64,000 nt of DNA from Octopus sinensis (taxonomy: Eukaryota), in the NCBI RefSeq assembly GCF_006345805.1, contig NC_043022.1, positions 7,006,001 to 7,070,000 on the forward strand, read 5' to 3'. Each line of letters starts with the position of its first letter. Positions within the stretch are counted from its first letter, which is position 1. Below are positions 39,600 through 52,297 of the stretch, in pieces. The translations under genes were made by a program, and so were the position numbers. Below the pieces are notes generated by a model, which saw nothing but the letters and a program-made list of their open reading frames with translations, made no database searches and had not been told where the DNA came from.

Positions 39600-40382
39600 G
39601 TGAGCCTGCTCCTTCTTCTGTTTAATGTTCAAGCCAGCCAGATCCAGCTTCTCACCCCTACCCTACAATATCATTCTAAAAATAAAACAATCACATCATT
39701 GAAATCTCAAAGATATGAGATAATCCCTGATTAACTGAAAACAATGTGAATAAATAAGGATTAGCATTTAACAGAGAAATCTGAATGATTCAGTTGTATC
39801 CAGCCATAACATTCTTCTTGTTTTATATTCACACTGGCCAGCTCCAGCCTCTCACACCCACCCTACAATGTCATTCTAGAAATAAAACAATCCCATCATT
39901 GAAATCTCAAGGCTACAAGATAATCCATGATTAATTCAAAACAATGTGAATTAATAAGGATTAGCATTTAACAGAGGAATCTGAATGATTCAGTTGTATC
40001 CAGCCATAACATTCTTCTTGTTCTATGTTCACACTGGCCAGCTCCAGCCTCTCACACCCACCCTACAATGTCATTCTAGAAATAAAACAATCCCATCATT
40101 GAAATCTCAAGGCTACAAGATAATCCATGATTAATTCAAAACAATGTGAATTAATAAGGATTAGCATTTAACAGAGAAATCTGAATGATTCAGTTGTATC
40201 CAGCCATAACATTCTTCTTGTTCTATGTTCACACTGGCTAGCTCCAGCCTCTCACACCCACCCTACAATGTCATTCTAGAAATAAAACAATCCCATCGTT
40301 GAAATCTCAAGGCTACAAGATAATCCATGATTAATTCAAAACAATGTGAATTAATAAGGATTAGCATTTAACAGAGGAATCT
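39600..40382. repeat. 200-bp tandem array (x~4) derived from the interior of the 12243-type MITE
   Basis: cagttgtatcc recurs at 39791, 39991 and 40191. Confidence 0.9.
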
Positions 40383-40471
40383 AAAGACTAGAGGGTTCAA
40401 GTGACCACGTCCAGCCATATTATTCTACCCCTGTTTTATGTCCAGTGGGGCCTATCGTTATTACTGATTGT

Positions 40472-40505
<34 letters not shown>

Positions 40506-41071
40506 GTTTGCTGTGAAGGAAAGGGTTGTATTTATGCCTTCACCATCTGTGAGAGTGTTGGGATGAATGTGGAGATGGGATTCCTGAGAAGTGATAGTTT
40601 GGGAAGGAAGAATTGGTTATAGGGGTTCAGGTAGGAACTGGTGAGAGGGATGTGTGTGGGAGGGATACTCCACAATATGGGTGGGATACTCCACAATATG
40701 GGTGGAGCAGTGATGAGTTAGGAAAAAGTTCTTAAAGTGGTGGCAGTGGGGAGGGTGAGGGCATGAAATGAGGAAGCACTGTGGAGCAGAGGCCAAGGTG
40801 GTAGCAGTATGCAAGGTAAAGAGAGGAGACACAGCAGGTCTGTGTGTCGATGCGTAGAGTGTGTTGGTAAGTGATTTCATGTCAATCAATGATTGTTTTT
40901 CTTGCTTTTCTTTTATTTATGTTACTGGGGTTGTGTGTGATGGTTACCATGGGAACCAAATTAGACAAATTGTTTTATTGAAATAATTAAAAAAAAAAAG
41001 GTGGGGGTGTTAAAAAACGTAATGAAATGTTATTGTTGTGGTTTCATTTGTTGAATATTGTTTTTTTCTAG

Positions 41072-41165
41072 AATGACATGAGAGGTTCAGTTTCAAATCT
41101 GTCCAATGACAGCAGTGAAAGGGGCAGCCAAGACGAGAACCTGCATCGTCCACCTTCAACATCAG
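41072..41165 (+). CDS. AFAP1-like: exon (94 nt, 0->1): NDMRGSVSNLSNDSSERGSQDENLHRPPSTS
   Basis: Acceptor tttttttctag, donor GTAATG; phase-consistent. Confidence 0.8.
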
Positions 41166-43316
41166 GTAATGCGATTGATTTCACTGAGGTCAATAGGAAA
41201 TCTATACCAGACCAACTCCCTTCTCCCCCACCCCATCCACAGTGAAGGGTCTTTCAAGGAAATTTGCTCGATTTAAGGTCTACTCTCGATGCACCAGCAA
41301 GAGCATCTCCCACCCCACCCTCCTCTTCAAGATACTCCAGCTATGACCACCCAGTCTGGTTTTCTTTTGTTCAAACTACTTCCACTTTTTGTTTTAAGAC
41401 AGTAGAAAATGGCTTGAAGGAGATTTGACTGCTACTTCTAGCAGATTGACTGATCATGCAGCACCTCCGTTGTTGGTTCCACATCTCCTGGTTAAAGTGG
41501 CTTACAGAAAACAGGACATTCCATTGCAGCAGGGGTGTGGGCAGGATGGTCTGCAATCATTTACATAACAAAAAAAAGTGGTTGGCATTATGAAGGCCAT
41601 CCCTGTCAAAACAGACAATAGGGTTTCACACAGCCCCTTGGCTTGTCTCATCTTGTCAAGCTGTCCAGCCCATACCAGCATGGAAAACGGATGTTAAATG
41701 ATGATGATGGGGGTGATGGTGTGTCTGTTTATGTCAGGGTGGTGTGAAAACTGGTGCATTCAAACAGAGACAACTTGTCTGACTGAATTATTTCCCTTTT
41801 GAATCCTATGAGAACCAGATAAAGGGCTGTGGACGTTGACGTGATTGACATCAATGCTGTGGGTGCTGCAGCATGGCCACAGTCCATGAAATGAGATTGG
41901 TAAAGCAATATTAAAGAAGAACAGTCAGCAGATAAATGATTCTACAAACTGATGGAAATATTTTGTTGTCTAATTAGGTGTAATTTGGATTAATTAACCT
42001 CTTCTTGTGTAATTTATTTATTGAAATTGTGTCTCATTAATATGGCTTTTTATATGACTCATTTTGGTTAATCACTAATCAAGGACGTTGATGATGATGA
42101 TGATGTTATACCAGGGTCCTTGTGTTGTACTCTAGTTCTTCCCTTCTTTGCAAAAAAAAAGGATCACTTTTATAGCCCTTAATTCTTACAGCAAGTCACA
42201 CCGAAAGGATGACTTCTAAATATCCTCTAACTCTCCCACAACAGAAATGGACCGGTTTCCAAACCCTTTGGTCTCTATAACACAATATCACAAGGATAGG
42301 ATTATTAAGGACCACTTTCTAATCCTTTGACTCCACAACAACACAATAACAGAAATAAAAGCTGCTTTCTAACATCTAACTCCCAGCAATGCTAGGAAAG
42401 GATTATTTTCTAATCCCTTCTTCCCCCTCCCCCCACATGCAACACAAAGAAACACATCTTGTTTCTCATCAAAACAATTAAAATTTTATCCAAAAGACCA
42501 TATAGTCACTGTTTTCCTGTATCTAAAGGAAAATGGTGACCCCCCCCATCCCCACTGCCACTACCATCTCACAAGTATTAAAGTTTTATGTAACAAGAAA
42601 AGGGGCCATCACAGGAAGCATGAGATCCCTGCATTTTAGGAATGTCCCAGGAACTGAGTAAAATTAGAATCCTTATTTTTCTTAAATTTCAATTTTTCAT
42701 TATAATTTACTGATTTCTTTTTATGATTTGGGATGAAGGGAGTCCAAAATGTCTTTTAGGGACCACCACAGACTGCAGACATTACAATCAGATCTATCGG
42801 TATTGGCTCTAATTATGTGAAGAAAGTAGAGTGGAGTGGAATGGGGACACATTACATAAGCCAGTAACAAGCATTAACAGATTGACCCTTGCATAGAATC
42901 CCTCCAAAAAATGGCGAAGAGGTCAACTAAGAATTACTTGGTTTGGGGTTCCTCAGCCAGATACCAAAGCAGATGGTGTGAGTGAGTTTGCGAGGAATTA
43001 AAAAGAATGGCTCCAGACAGGAGGAATTAAAGAAAATGGCCCCAGGACAGGTGAATTATAAGGCAAACCCCAGTTCAGTTATCCAATATGTCCTTCCTGT
43101 GATTTGAGGGGAGATTTGTTTGCTATTTCTCGTATTTAGACAAGTATCTACTTAATAGCTCTCAGTTTCTTGTTGGTTATAGTGGACATGGGCAGTAGCA
43201 GGAGTGGGGCCTGAATTGGTTGAACATGGTATGGGACAGAGGTGGACTTGTGCAGTTGGAGGGCCTGAAATGGTTGATAAATGGTAACGCAACTAGCAGT
43301 GATTTGTTCTTTACAG

Positions 43317-43568
43317 AATATTTGTCTGAGAAAGCACCACCACGTATGGGTAACTTAGCATTGAGGGCATCGCGGTTCTTTGAAAACCTCAACTGGCGGA
43401 GATACCCAAAAAAAGATCCAGATTTGAAGCTAAGCAGGTTCTCATTGAATTCTTTGCCAAGGAAAAAGAACTCCACCCCTGATACATCCCCTGATATTCC
43501 CAAGTCCGAAAAATTGGTTTCCTTATTGGAACAGAGCTGGCAGGAAGATACTAACATCTTGTGTAAAA
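43317..43568 (+). CDS. AFAP1-like: exon (252 nt, 1->1): YLSEKAPPRMGNLALRASRFFE...NILCK
   Basis: Acceptor ttgttctttacag, donor GTAAGT; lies within ORF 43220-43657. Confidence 0.85.
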
Positions 43569-45699
43569 GTAAGTATTTCTGCCTGGAATTTTGTGTAACA
43601 GCATGTGGGACTGGTTCCAGAAATGGAATGGGAAGGCATGGTCACCTTGTTCTTTAGAATGACTAACTGAACCCTGTAGAAGAGTAAGTCTGGGCTATGT
43701 TGGCCATTCCTGTTAACATCCTCCTCTATATTGTTCAATAAATTTGTCTTGCTTGCATGGCACTATTCAGAAATTTATTTTTATCACACATCTGTAAATC
43801 CAGCACAAGACATGGCTTCTCTTTCTTTCTCTCTCTCTCTCTCTCTCTAAAAACACATCTAGTTAAGTGTGACTTGCAAAATCACCTCCAAAACGTTTGA
43901 AAATTAATAATAATAATAATATAATAATAATAATAATGGTTACAAATTTTGCCACAAGGGCAGCAATTTTGGGGGAGGTGCTGAATTACATCGACCACAG
44001 TGTTTTACTGGTACTTAATTTATCGACCCTGAAAGGATGAAAAGCAAAATTGATCTTGCCAGATTTGAACTCAATACCACTAAGCATTTTGTCCAACATG
44101 CTTACAATTCTGCCAGCTCTCTGCCTTTTAATAATAATAATCCTTTCTACTATAGGCACAAGGCCTGAAATTTGGGGTGATCGACCCTAGTACGCAATTG
44201 GTACTTAATTTATCAACCCCCGAAAGGATGAAAGGTAAAGTTGACCTTGGCGGAATTTGAACTCAGAACATAAAAACTGATGAAATACTGCTAAGCATTT
44301 CACCTGCTGTGCTAACATTTCTGCCAGCTCATCACCTTAATACTACTACTACTACTACTACTAATAATAATAATGATAATAATCCTTTCTACTATAGGCA
44401 CAAGGCCTTGAATTTGGGGGGATTACATCGATCCCCAGTACTCAACTGGTACTTAATTTATTGACCCTGAAGGAATGAAAGGCAAAGTCAATCTTGGCAG
44501 AATTTAAACTTTCTTGTTAATAATAATGATAATAATACTGATTTCAAATTTTGGCACAAGGCCCGCAGTTTTAGGGGAGGTGGCAATTTGATTGCATCAA
44601 CTACAGTACAGCCTTTTTTTGTACACCCACTCTTTTGTACACCCTGTCTCATGCACACACACAAAGACACTCTCTGTGTGTCTCTGCCCAGGTTTTTGCC
44701 TCTCAGCTCACCTGTTCCCGGTCACCCATGCATGTTAACATTACTGGACCAGCAGAGCATGCTCAGCCCATCCCTTTTCAGCTTTTACACCCCTTTCACA
44801 GTTGACACCCATGTCTTTGTCACCTTTTCACATTGCACTTTGTCCACAAATATTAATATAACCCACCTCCCTTCATTTAAAAGGAGCAACGACCCCTTGC
44901 TGTCAGCAAAAATAACAAGTTCCCTAAACAAGTTCCACCCTGCCCTTAAACCAGTTATTAAGCTCTTGTGCCCCCCACCTGCCCCTGCACTGTCCTTGCA
45001 CTGTCCCTGCACTACTTGCACTGCTGCTAATTATACTCACCTCACTAACAGATGCTATTAATTACTTCTGAATAATTAACGATCTTAATTTCTAATTTTT
45101 CCTCCCTATCTGCTCTCTCTCCCTCTCTTATCCCTCTGTCAGCATGTCTGAGGGTCCACTGCACTACCAAGGGGACACTGAGTTTAGAGGTTAGAGTCCT
45201 TACCAACAGCAAGCATGATCCCTTTTCTGTTGCTAACAGGTTCCTCTTTATTTTGGTCTATGTTAAATTGTCTTAGATACAGTTTTAATGTCTGAATAAA
45301 ACAGGATGGTCACATCTGGAAGGTCTTTGATCATAGATCTCTGTATTTCACAGCTGACTGAACCTATCGTATCTGTTTGACTAATTGTTGTTGCTTAATC
45401 CTTGGTCAGCCTTCATTAAGCAGAACTTTGTCCAAAATCATTCCAGACATGACCACCCTGTCATCTAAGATTACATTATATGTTGTTCTTATTGTTGTTG
45501 TTGCTGTTGATGAAGCAAATCTACGATCAAAAAGCTTTCTAGCCTTGACCAACCTGTCATTTTGTATATTAGGGGTTGTGTTCTCTAATCTGTCCTTCCT
45601 TTTCAAGATAATAAGGTAGTATTTGAGGATCATTTGGTTCCTCTTTTCAGCTGCTGTTGTTCTTGTTATTCCTGTTGCCATTGTTGTTGTCCTTCCTCT

Positions 45700-45781
45700 T
45701 CTTCTTCTTCTTCTTCTTCTTCTTCTTCTTCTTCTTCTTCTTCTTCTTCTTCTTCTTCTCTTCTTCTTCTTCTTCTTCTCC

Positions 45782-45813
<32 letters not shown>

Positions 45814-45839
45814 CTTCTTCTTCTTCTTCTCTTCTTCTT

Positions 45840-45870
<31 letters not shown>
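45700..45870. repeat. (CTT)n tract
   Basis: Visible directly. Confidence 0.95.
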
Positions 45871-45916
45871 TTACTGTTAATTCCTTTCAAATAACCGATT
45901 CTGGTCCCTCCCTCAG

Positions 45917-46137
45917 GCTACCTCAACATCTACAGCAGTTTCAATAAACGACGGTGGGGCAAGCGTTGGTGCCTGGTGAAGATGGGAGAGTTTGAGTGTT
46001 ACATGAACCAGAAGAATAACGTCTGTGAGTTGAGTTTCCCGCTCAAGGACTGCGTTGTACGTTCGGCCAAGACAGAAACGAAGAGTGACCTTGGCTTGAT
46101 GATTCTAAAAGACAACATCGAGAAAATCACAGTCGAG
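45917..46137 (+). CDS. AFAP1-like: exon (221 nt, 1->0): PH domain 2, N-terminal part
   Basis: Acceptor ccctccctcag, donor GTGAGC; YLNIYSSFNKRRWGKRWCLVK...SFPLKDCVV. Confidence 0.9.
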
Positions 46138-46699
46138 GTGAGCAAAAGGGGCTTTCATTCCACTCTGGGGTCTCTCAAAGCCTTATTATTGTTTTTTACC
46201 TTCTTTTACTTCAGTCATTAGACTGTGGCCATGCTGGGGCAATGCCTTGAAGAATTCTTAGTTGAATGAATTGACCCCAGGACTTATTGTGTTTTTTTTA
46301 AGCCTGGCGTTAGGAAGGGCATCCAGTCGTAGAAACACTGCCAGATCTGACTGGGCCTGACGAAGCCTTCCAGCTTCACAGACCCCAGTTGAACCATCCA
46401 ACCCATGCTAGCATGGAAAGCGGACGCTAAATGATGACGATGATGATGATGATGGCATTTATTCTATCAGACTCTTTTGCTAAACAGTTAAGATACAGGG
46501 ATGTAAACACACCAACACCGGTTGTCACGTGGTGGTGTGAGATAAACATGGACACAAAGACACACATACGCTCACACACACACACACACAGAGGACAGGC
46601 TTCTCTCTTCATGAGGCTTTGGTCAGCCTGAGGCTAGAAGACGGTGCCATGCAGGGGGACTGAACCCTGAATCCCATGTGGTTGGGAAGTAAGCTTCTT

Positions 46700-47073
46700 G
46701 GCGATGTTTCGCTTGTTGTAGCACACGTTTCCGTCGATTTCCTCCGTTGATTTCCGTAAAAAATGTAAACACTGAATCGGCCATACATACATACATACAT
46801 ACATACACCGAGTAAAAAATTTCAGTTATCTCTCTCTTTCACACATTACTCTCTCTGTGTCTTCGCACACACTAACAGAAGCACTTCACTTACACAACAT
46901 ACTGTCTGTCTCCCACACCCCATCAAACACACACACGCGGACTTCAAAGAGAAATTTCCTCGCCATAAAATCGCTTCCTCTTAGTCTCTTTCGCTCTCAT
47001 TACTTATGTAAAAAAATAAAAGTTTTTTACGGAAATCGACGGAAACTTGTGCTACGACAAGTGAAACATCGCC
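46700..47073. mobile_element. Mutator-like MITE
   Basis: TIRs GGCGATGTTTC...; perfect 9-bp TSD AAGCTTCTT at 46691-46699 and 47074-47082. Confidence 0.85.
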
Positions 47074-47280
47074 AAGCTTCTTCCATATGTCCATTCCTGT
47101 GACTTACATTTTTTTAAGACTCTTTGTTTTTATGCTGTCTGTAGTTGGATGGGGGTGGGCAGAAATGAGTTGTGTTGCTGTAAAAACGTGGGAGCAGGGT
47201 GTGAAGTGGGGTGGGGGAGCGCATGTTTGCTTTTGTGTAAACCGTTTTCTGTTCTTTCGTTTGTCTTAATTTGTTGGCAG

Positions 47281-47445
47281 CCCCTAAATGACGACGAGAT
47301 GCAAGATTGGTTGGCAGTGCTGATGGCTGAGACCTCTACGGAGAATGTTCCAGAAGGTTTGGAACAATACTTTGAAGAGACGCCATATTCCGATATCCCT
47401 GTAGTCAGACAGTCCAGCATGAAGTGTCCCAAGAATGCTAAAAAG
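47281..47445 (+). CDS. AFAP1-like: exon (165 nt, 0->0): PH2 helix PLNDDEMQDWLAVLMAET...
   Basis: Acceptor ttgttggcag, donor GTAAGT. Confidence 0.9.
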
Positions 47446-47477
47446 GTAAGTCTGTATGTGTGTGTGTGTGTATGTGT

Positions 47478-47516
<39 letters not shown>

Positions 47517-47577
47517 TATGTATGTGTGAGTGTGTGTGTGTGTGTATGTATGTGTGTGTGTATGTGTGTGTGTGTGT

Positions 47578-47627
<50 letters not shown>

Positions 47628-48377
47628 CATTAAACATTCAAATTCTTCTGTCAAATCTAGTGCTTATTTATTCACATTGTCTTGAATTAATCCTGCATTA
47701 TCTCATAGCTTTAAGATTTCAATGATGTGTAGAATGACATTGTAGGATAGGTGTGAGAGGCAGGATCTGATCAGTTTCAACATAAAACAGGAAGAATATT
47801 TTGGCCAGATTTGAGCAGACTAAATGCTAAAGGGTTAATATATATGCATGTATATATTATAGCCTCAATGAATAATAAAAAAACTTGACAAATTCTATGA
47901 AACTAGAAAGATTGTGAACAATAAAAATAATAACCAACCAACTAATAGGACTAACACCCCACCACTAATGCAACCCCTCCTGCTAACTTAGGTAAGGGTA
48001 AAGACCCCCTTCGGTCATGAATGACCATGGGATTGCACCTAGAAAGTTACCCTCCTAGACACAAGTCCGGGCAAGGTTGTTTATGGAAGACCAGCAGTCG
48101 CCCATGCATACCAGCCTCCTCTCTCCACGCCACCAGTGTTATCCAAGGGAAAGACAAAGGTCGATACAGCTTGGCACCAGTGACGTCGCAACTCATTTCT
48201 ACAGCTGAGTGAACTGGAGCAACGTGAAATAAAGTGCTTTGCTCAAGAAGACAACACGCAGCCCGGTCAGGGATTCGAGCTCACAACCTCACGATCGTAA
48301 GCTCGACGCTCTAACCACTGAGCCAAGACCTGAATAACAATTGCCCCTCACAATACAACACGGACGTTGATACACCT

Positions 48378-48584
48378 AACTATTTATGCAGCTGTAGGGA
48401 TAGAACAAAGTGCCATTTCTCAAAGACAAATAACATAGTTTACCAATGTGATGTCTGCACAAATAATGAGACGAAATCATACATAGGTGTCACTACGAAC
48501 CAAATGATTCTCAGATATACTGCACAACAATTGAGCTTCAGAAATAGGAATAAGGCTAACTCTACAGGGCTCAGTACATACTAA
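48378..48584 (+). mobile_element. Penelope-like element GIY-YIG endonuclease remnant
   Basis: Reads NYLCSCRDRTKC...IVYQCDV...SYIGVT...RY...SFRN...TGLSTY*; absent from the ORF track. Confidence 0.7.
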
Positions 48585-48650
48585 ATTCTGGTGCCTTCAA
48601 CTTACGTACCATATTCATCTGAATATATATATATATATATTGTATATATA

Positions 48651-49915
48651 CGAGGGGCGTTCAATATGTAATGCCCCTGACCCACTTCCCATAGCAGTAG
48701 AGCAACGAAACTTGGCACAGTTATTAATCTTTTTCTACATAGGAACCACCCAGAGTTACGCATTTCTCCCATCGTTTGATGCAGCTCTGGAGACCGTTTT
48801 TGTAGAAGACCCCCAGCTTGGTCCTCCAACCATGACGTAACTTCAGAAATCAAGGCTGCATCATCTGGGAAACGCTTTCCTTTCAAAAACAACTTCATGG
48901 CTGGGAAGAGGTGAAAATCAGAGGGTGCAAGGTCAGGAGAGTAGGGGGGATGGGGGAGGAGTTCATAGTCGCACGCCTGTGCTTCTGATCTGGCGACATG
49001 CGAGTTGTGGACCGGAGCGTTGTCCTGCAGGTAGAGGATGTCTTTGCTGATCTTGCCCCGCCTCTTGATTTTGATAGCTTCTCTTAATTTCCTCAAAAGT
49101 GAAGCATAATAGGCTCCTGTAATTGTGGTACCCTTTGCCAGGAAATCTGTCATCACTACTCCGTCCTGGTCCCAGAAGACTGTGAGCATGACCTTGCCAG
49201 CGGAGGGCTGCACCCTTGCCTTCTTTGGAGGAGGTGAGTCACGGTGCTTCCACTGCATTGACTGGGCTTTGCTCTCTGGATCATAGTGATGGACCCAGGT
49301 TTCATCCTGTGTAATCAGTCTTTCGAAAAATTTTGACTCATCTTCTTGGCACATCTCCAAATTCATCCTCGAGCACTCGACGCGTTCTTGCTTCTGGAAA
49401 GGTGTGAGCAACCTGGGAATCCATGCAAATGGTTATGAATGATAGTTTGCACAGACCCGGTACTAATCTTGACCTCATGGGCTATTTGGCAAATAGTTAT
49501 GCGTCGATCTCCCAAAATGGCAGCTTCAACTTGACGGACAGATGCCTCATCAATGGCAGAGGTGGGACGACCAGATCTGGGAGCTGTTTCCACAGAGTTC
49601 CGACCATGTTTGAATTCACGATGCCAGTGTTTTACAAGGCCATATGATGGGGCATCATCACCGTAAGTTACTTTCATTTCATCAAAAGTCTCCCGTCGTG
49701 TGCGTCCTTTCAAATACAAAAACCGGATCACTGCTCGACACTCAACAGGCTCCATTTCACACTTGACTCAGTTCAAACACCTGTAAATCAGAAACCACAA
49801 TTAGTTCAGAGCTGTAATTTGCCACTTAATCTATAGAGATATAAATAATTGCACATTTCAGCTAGATCAAACAACTGCAAGTGGGTTAGGGGCATTACTT
49901 ATTGAACGTCCCTCG
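48651..49915 (-). mobile_element. mariner (DD34D) transposon, full length, frameshifted
   Basis: 27-bp TIRs (2 mismatches), TA TSD; transposase 49755-48724 with DETW, DNA and YSPDLAPSD motifs, D34D spacing; two frame breaks. Confidence 0.95.
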
Positions 49916-49929
49916 TATTGTATGTGTAT

Positions 49930-50010
<81 letters not shown>

Positions 50011-50012
50011 TG

Positions 50013-50048
<36 letters not shown>

Positions 50049-50051
50049 ATG

Positions 50052-50099
<48 letters not shown>

Positions 50100-51026
50100 A
50101 TGGCAAGCTGGCAGAATTGTTAGCACACCGGGCGAAATGCTTAGTAGTATTTCGTCTGTTGTTACGTTCTGAATTCAAATTCTGCCGAGGTTGCTTTGCC
50201 TTTCATCCTTTCAGGGTCAATTAAATAAGTACCAGTTATGTACTGTGGTCAGTGTAATCCAGTTAATCCCTTTGTTTGTCCCCTCTATGTTTAATCCCCT
50301 GTGGGCAATAAAGAAATGTATGTGTGTGTGTGTGTGTGTATTATATACTGCAGGAGTAAGAATTTTGGATAATTATTTATTTTAGCATTTTCATCTTGTT
50401 TCAGAAATTCATTTGGAATTCCTGATGTTAAATAAATAATTATCCCAAATCCCTGACTGCCTCCTTTTTCTTAATACAGTAATCCATCAGCTATCCATGG
50501 GTGTTAAATCCTCCCCCCCCCCCTGAAATAATTGAAATCTAAAAAAATCTAAATGCCTATTGATTACAGAAACCCACGATATGTTGAAGAGTCTGTGATA
50601 TGAATTTGCATATGTTAGCCAGAAAAATCCGCGATGTACTAAGGGTACGATAGGTGAACCGTGATATGGTGAGGGATTACCATGTATAAAATCTGTTCAC
50701 CACTTCAAAATGTGTTGTTTAATTGTTGTCAGCGAGAAAGGAGGATTCTGTTTTTTTTAATGAGTAACCAAAGAAAAAATTAAGGAATTTGATATCATAT
50801 TAAGAACGATTGGATTATATTAAATGTATTTTAAATTTCAAATTCTCTTTGAACAATATGTTTATGTTTTACTCAAGTCCTTGAGCCAGGAAAAAAATCT
50901 GTATAGGTTTTTTTTGTTTTTTTTTGTGGAATCTAATTCCTATTTGAAATTTGCTCGACTTAGTTGGAAAAATATTTAGGAAAATTAAAATATTAATTTT
51001 ATTTAAATTTCCTTCATGTATTTCAG

Positions 51027-51873
51027 ACACCTGATGTGATTGACGGATCTGGACAAACTGGGAAAGATGGTGAAAATGTAGTTGATGATGTAGCGTCAAC
51101 ATTGTCAGATCAAGTTGTCAAAGTTTCTGACGGAAGCTTAACAAATCTGAAAGATGAGCAGCTGCTGAGGGTGAAACAAGAAACGTTTGGTGCAACAGAA
51201 GTTAACGAGGAGATAGAAGAATCTGGTAACGAAGTACTGCTGTGGGACGTGAACAAGAGGAACTCATTGGGTAATTTGTACAGTCAAGTGGAGTACAAAG
51301 ACAGTCTGGCAGGCTTCTCAGGCAGCGGCACTGATTTTGGTAGTGTTAGTATTTCTGATGATCTCTCAATGAAGTCTGGTTCTATTGACTTCAGTTTAAA
51401 GAGGAGTTTCTCAGAAAAACGGTATAAAGGCATCAACAGTTTGGCCAACTCGTGCAGTGAACTGAACAGCACTTGTACTCGGACTTCATCGCATGGCAAC
51501 CTGGACAAACTCTCGGCTGCTGATTCAAATGACACTTTCAATGACTTCTTTTATTCTTGGAACAATCAGCGTCGGAGCAGTGAACTGCTGTCTGAGCTGG
51601 ACATCGAGACGTTGATGCGGTCTTGGGATGTGAAGGCTAAAATCTTGATGATTGAGGAGAAGAACCAACAAAACAAAGAATATTCCAAGACAGACTTTGC
51701 ACAGAATGGTAACACATGTCACTCGCCATCAAACAAGAAACCATTCTCTGTCGGTCCTATCTCTTCCGTCTCCAACAATGACTGTGACACACCAGCCTTC
51801 TGTTCACGGACTAAAAGCTTGAACAGTGCCCGGATGGCTCGCAATAAAACAACACCAAATGGTTTGTCAAAAG
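51027..51873 (+). CDS. AFAP1-like: exon (847 nt, 0->1): long Ser/acidic linker
   Basis: Acceptor tatttcag, donor GTAAGA; matches ORF 51036-51890. Confidence 0.88.
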
Positions 51874-52254
51874 GTAAGACAGGTCTTTAACTACCTCTCC
51901 CCACCCATCTTATATTGGTTTTGAATTTTGGCACAAGGCCAGCAATTTTGAGGGAGGGGATGAATCAATTCCATTGACCCCATTAAAAAGATGAAAAGCA
52001 AAGTTGACCATGGCGATATTTGAACTCAGAATGTGTAAAGGTGGACTAAATGCTGCTAAGCATTTTGCCAATTCCAACTGCATCTTGTCTTGTAGTGTGG
52101 ATACAGTAAGGAGAAATATAAGAGAGTAATGAGGGCCACTGCATCACAGAATAGAGGAAAATCAAACCAAATGAGAAAGTTTCAAACTAATGTATGAATC
52201 GTTGTTTACATTATTTACAATTGATGGATATTTGTCCTCATCTTGTTTGTTGTT

Positions 52255-52297
52255 AACACGTTTCGGCTGATATAGCCTTCAGCCTTCATCAGGTGTC
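52255..52297 (-). ncRNA. hammerhead-like motif lacking the NUH triplet
   Basis: Minus strand: GACAC-CTGATGA-A-GGCTGA-loop-TCAGCC-GAAAC-GTGTT. Confidence 0.5.

Noticed and set aside
42957-42981. Additional microexon before 43317
   Set aside because: Poor pyrimidine tract and ambiguous AG/GT choices; one combination creates a stop.
50477-50688. Tigger/pogo-like MITE
   Set aside because: Ends resemble CAGTAATCC/GGATTAC but are too decayed to call.
51027-51873. Alternatively spliced insert analogous to the AFAP-120 neural insertion
   Set aside because: Phase 0->1, so it cannot be skipped alone without a frameshift.
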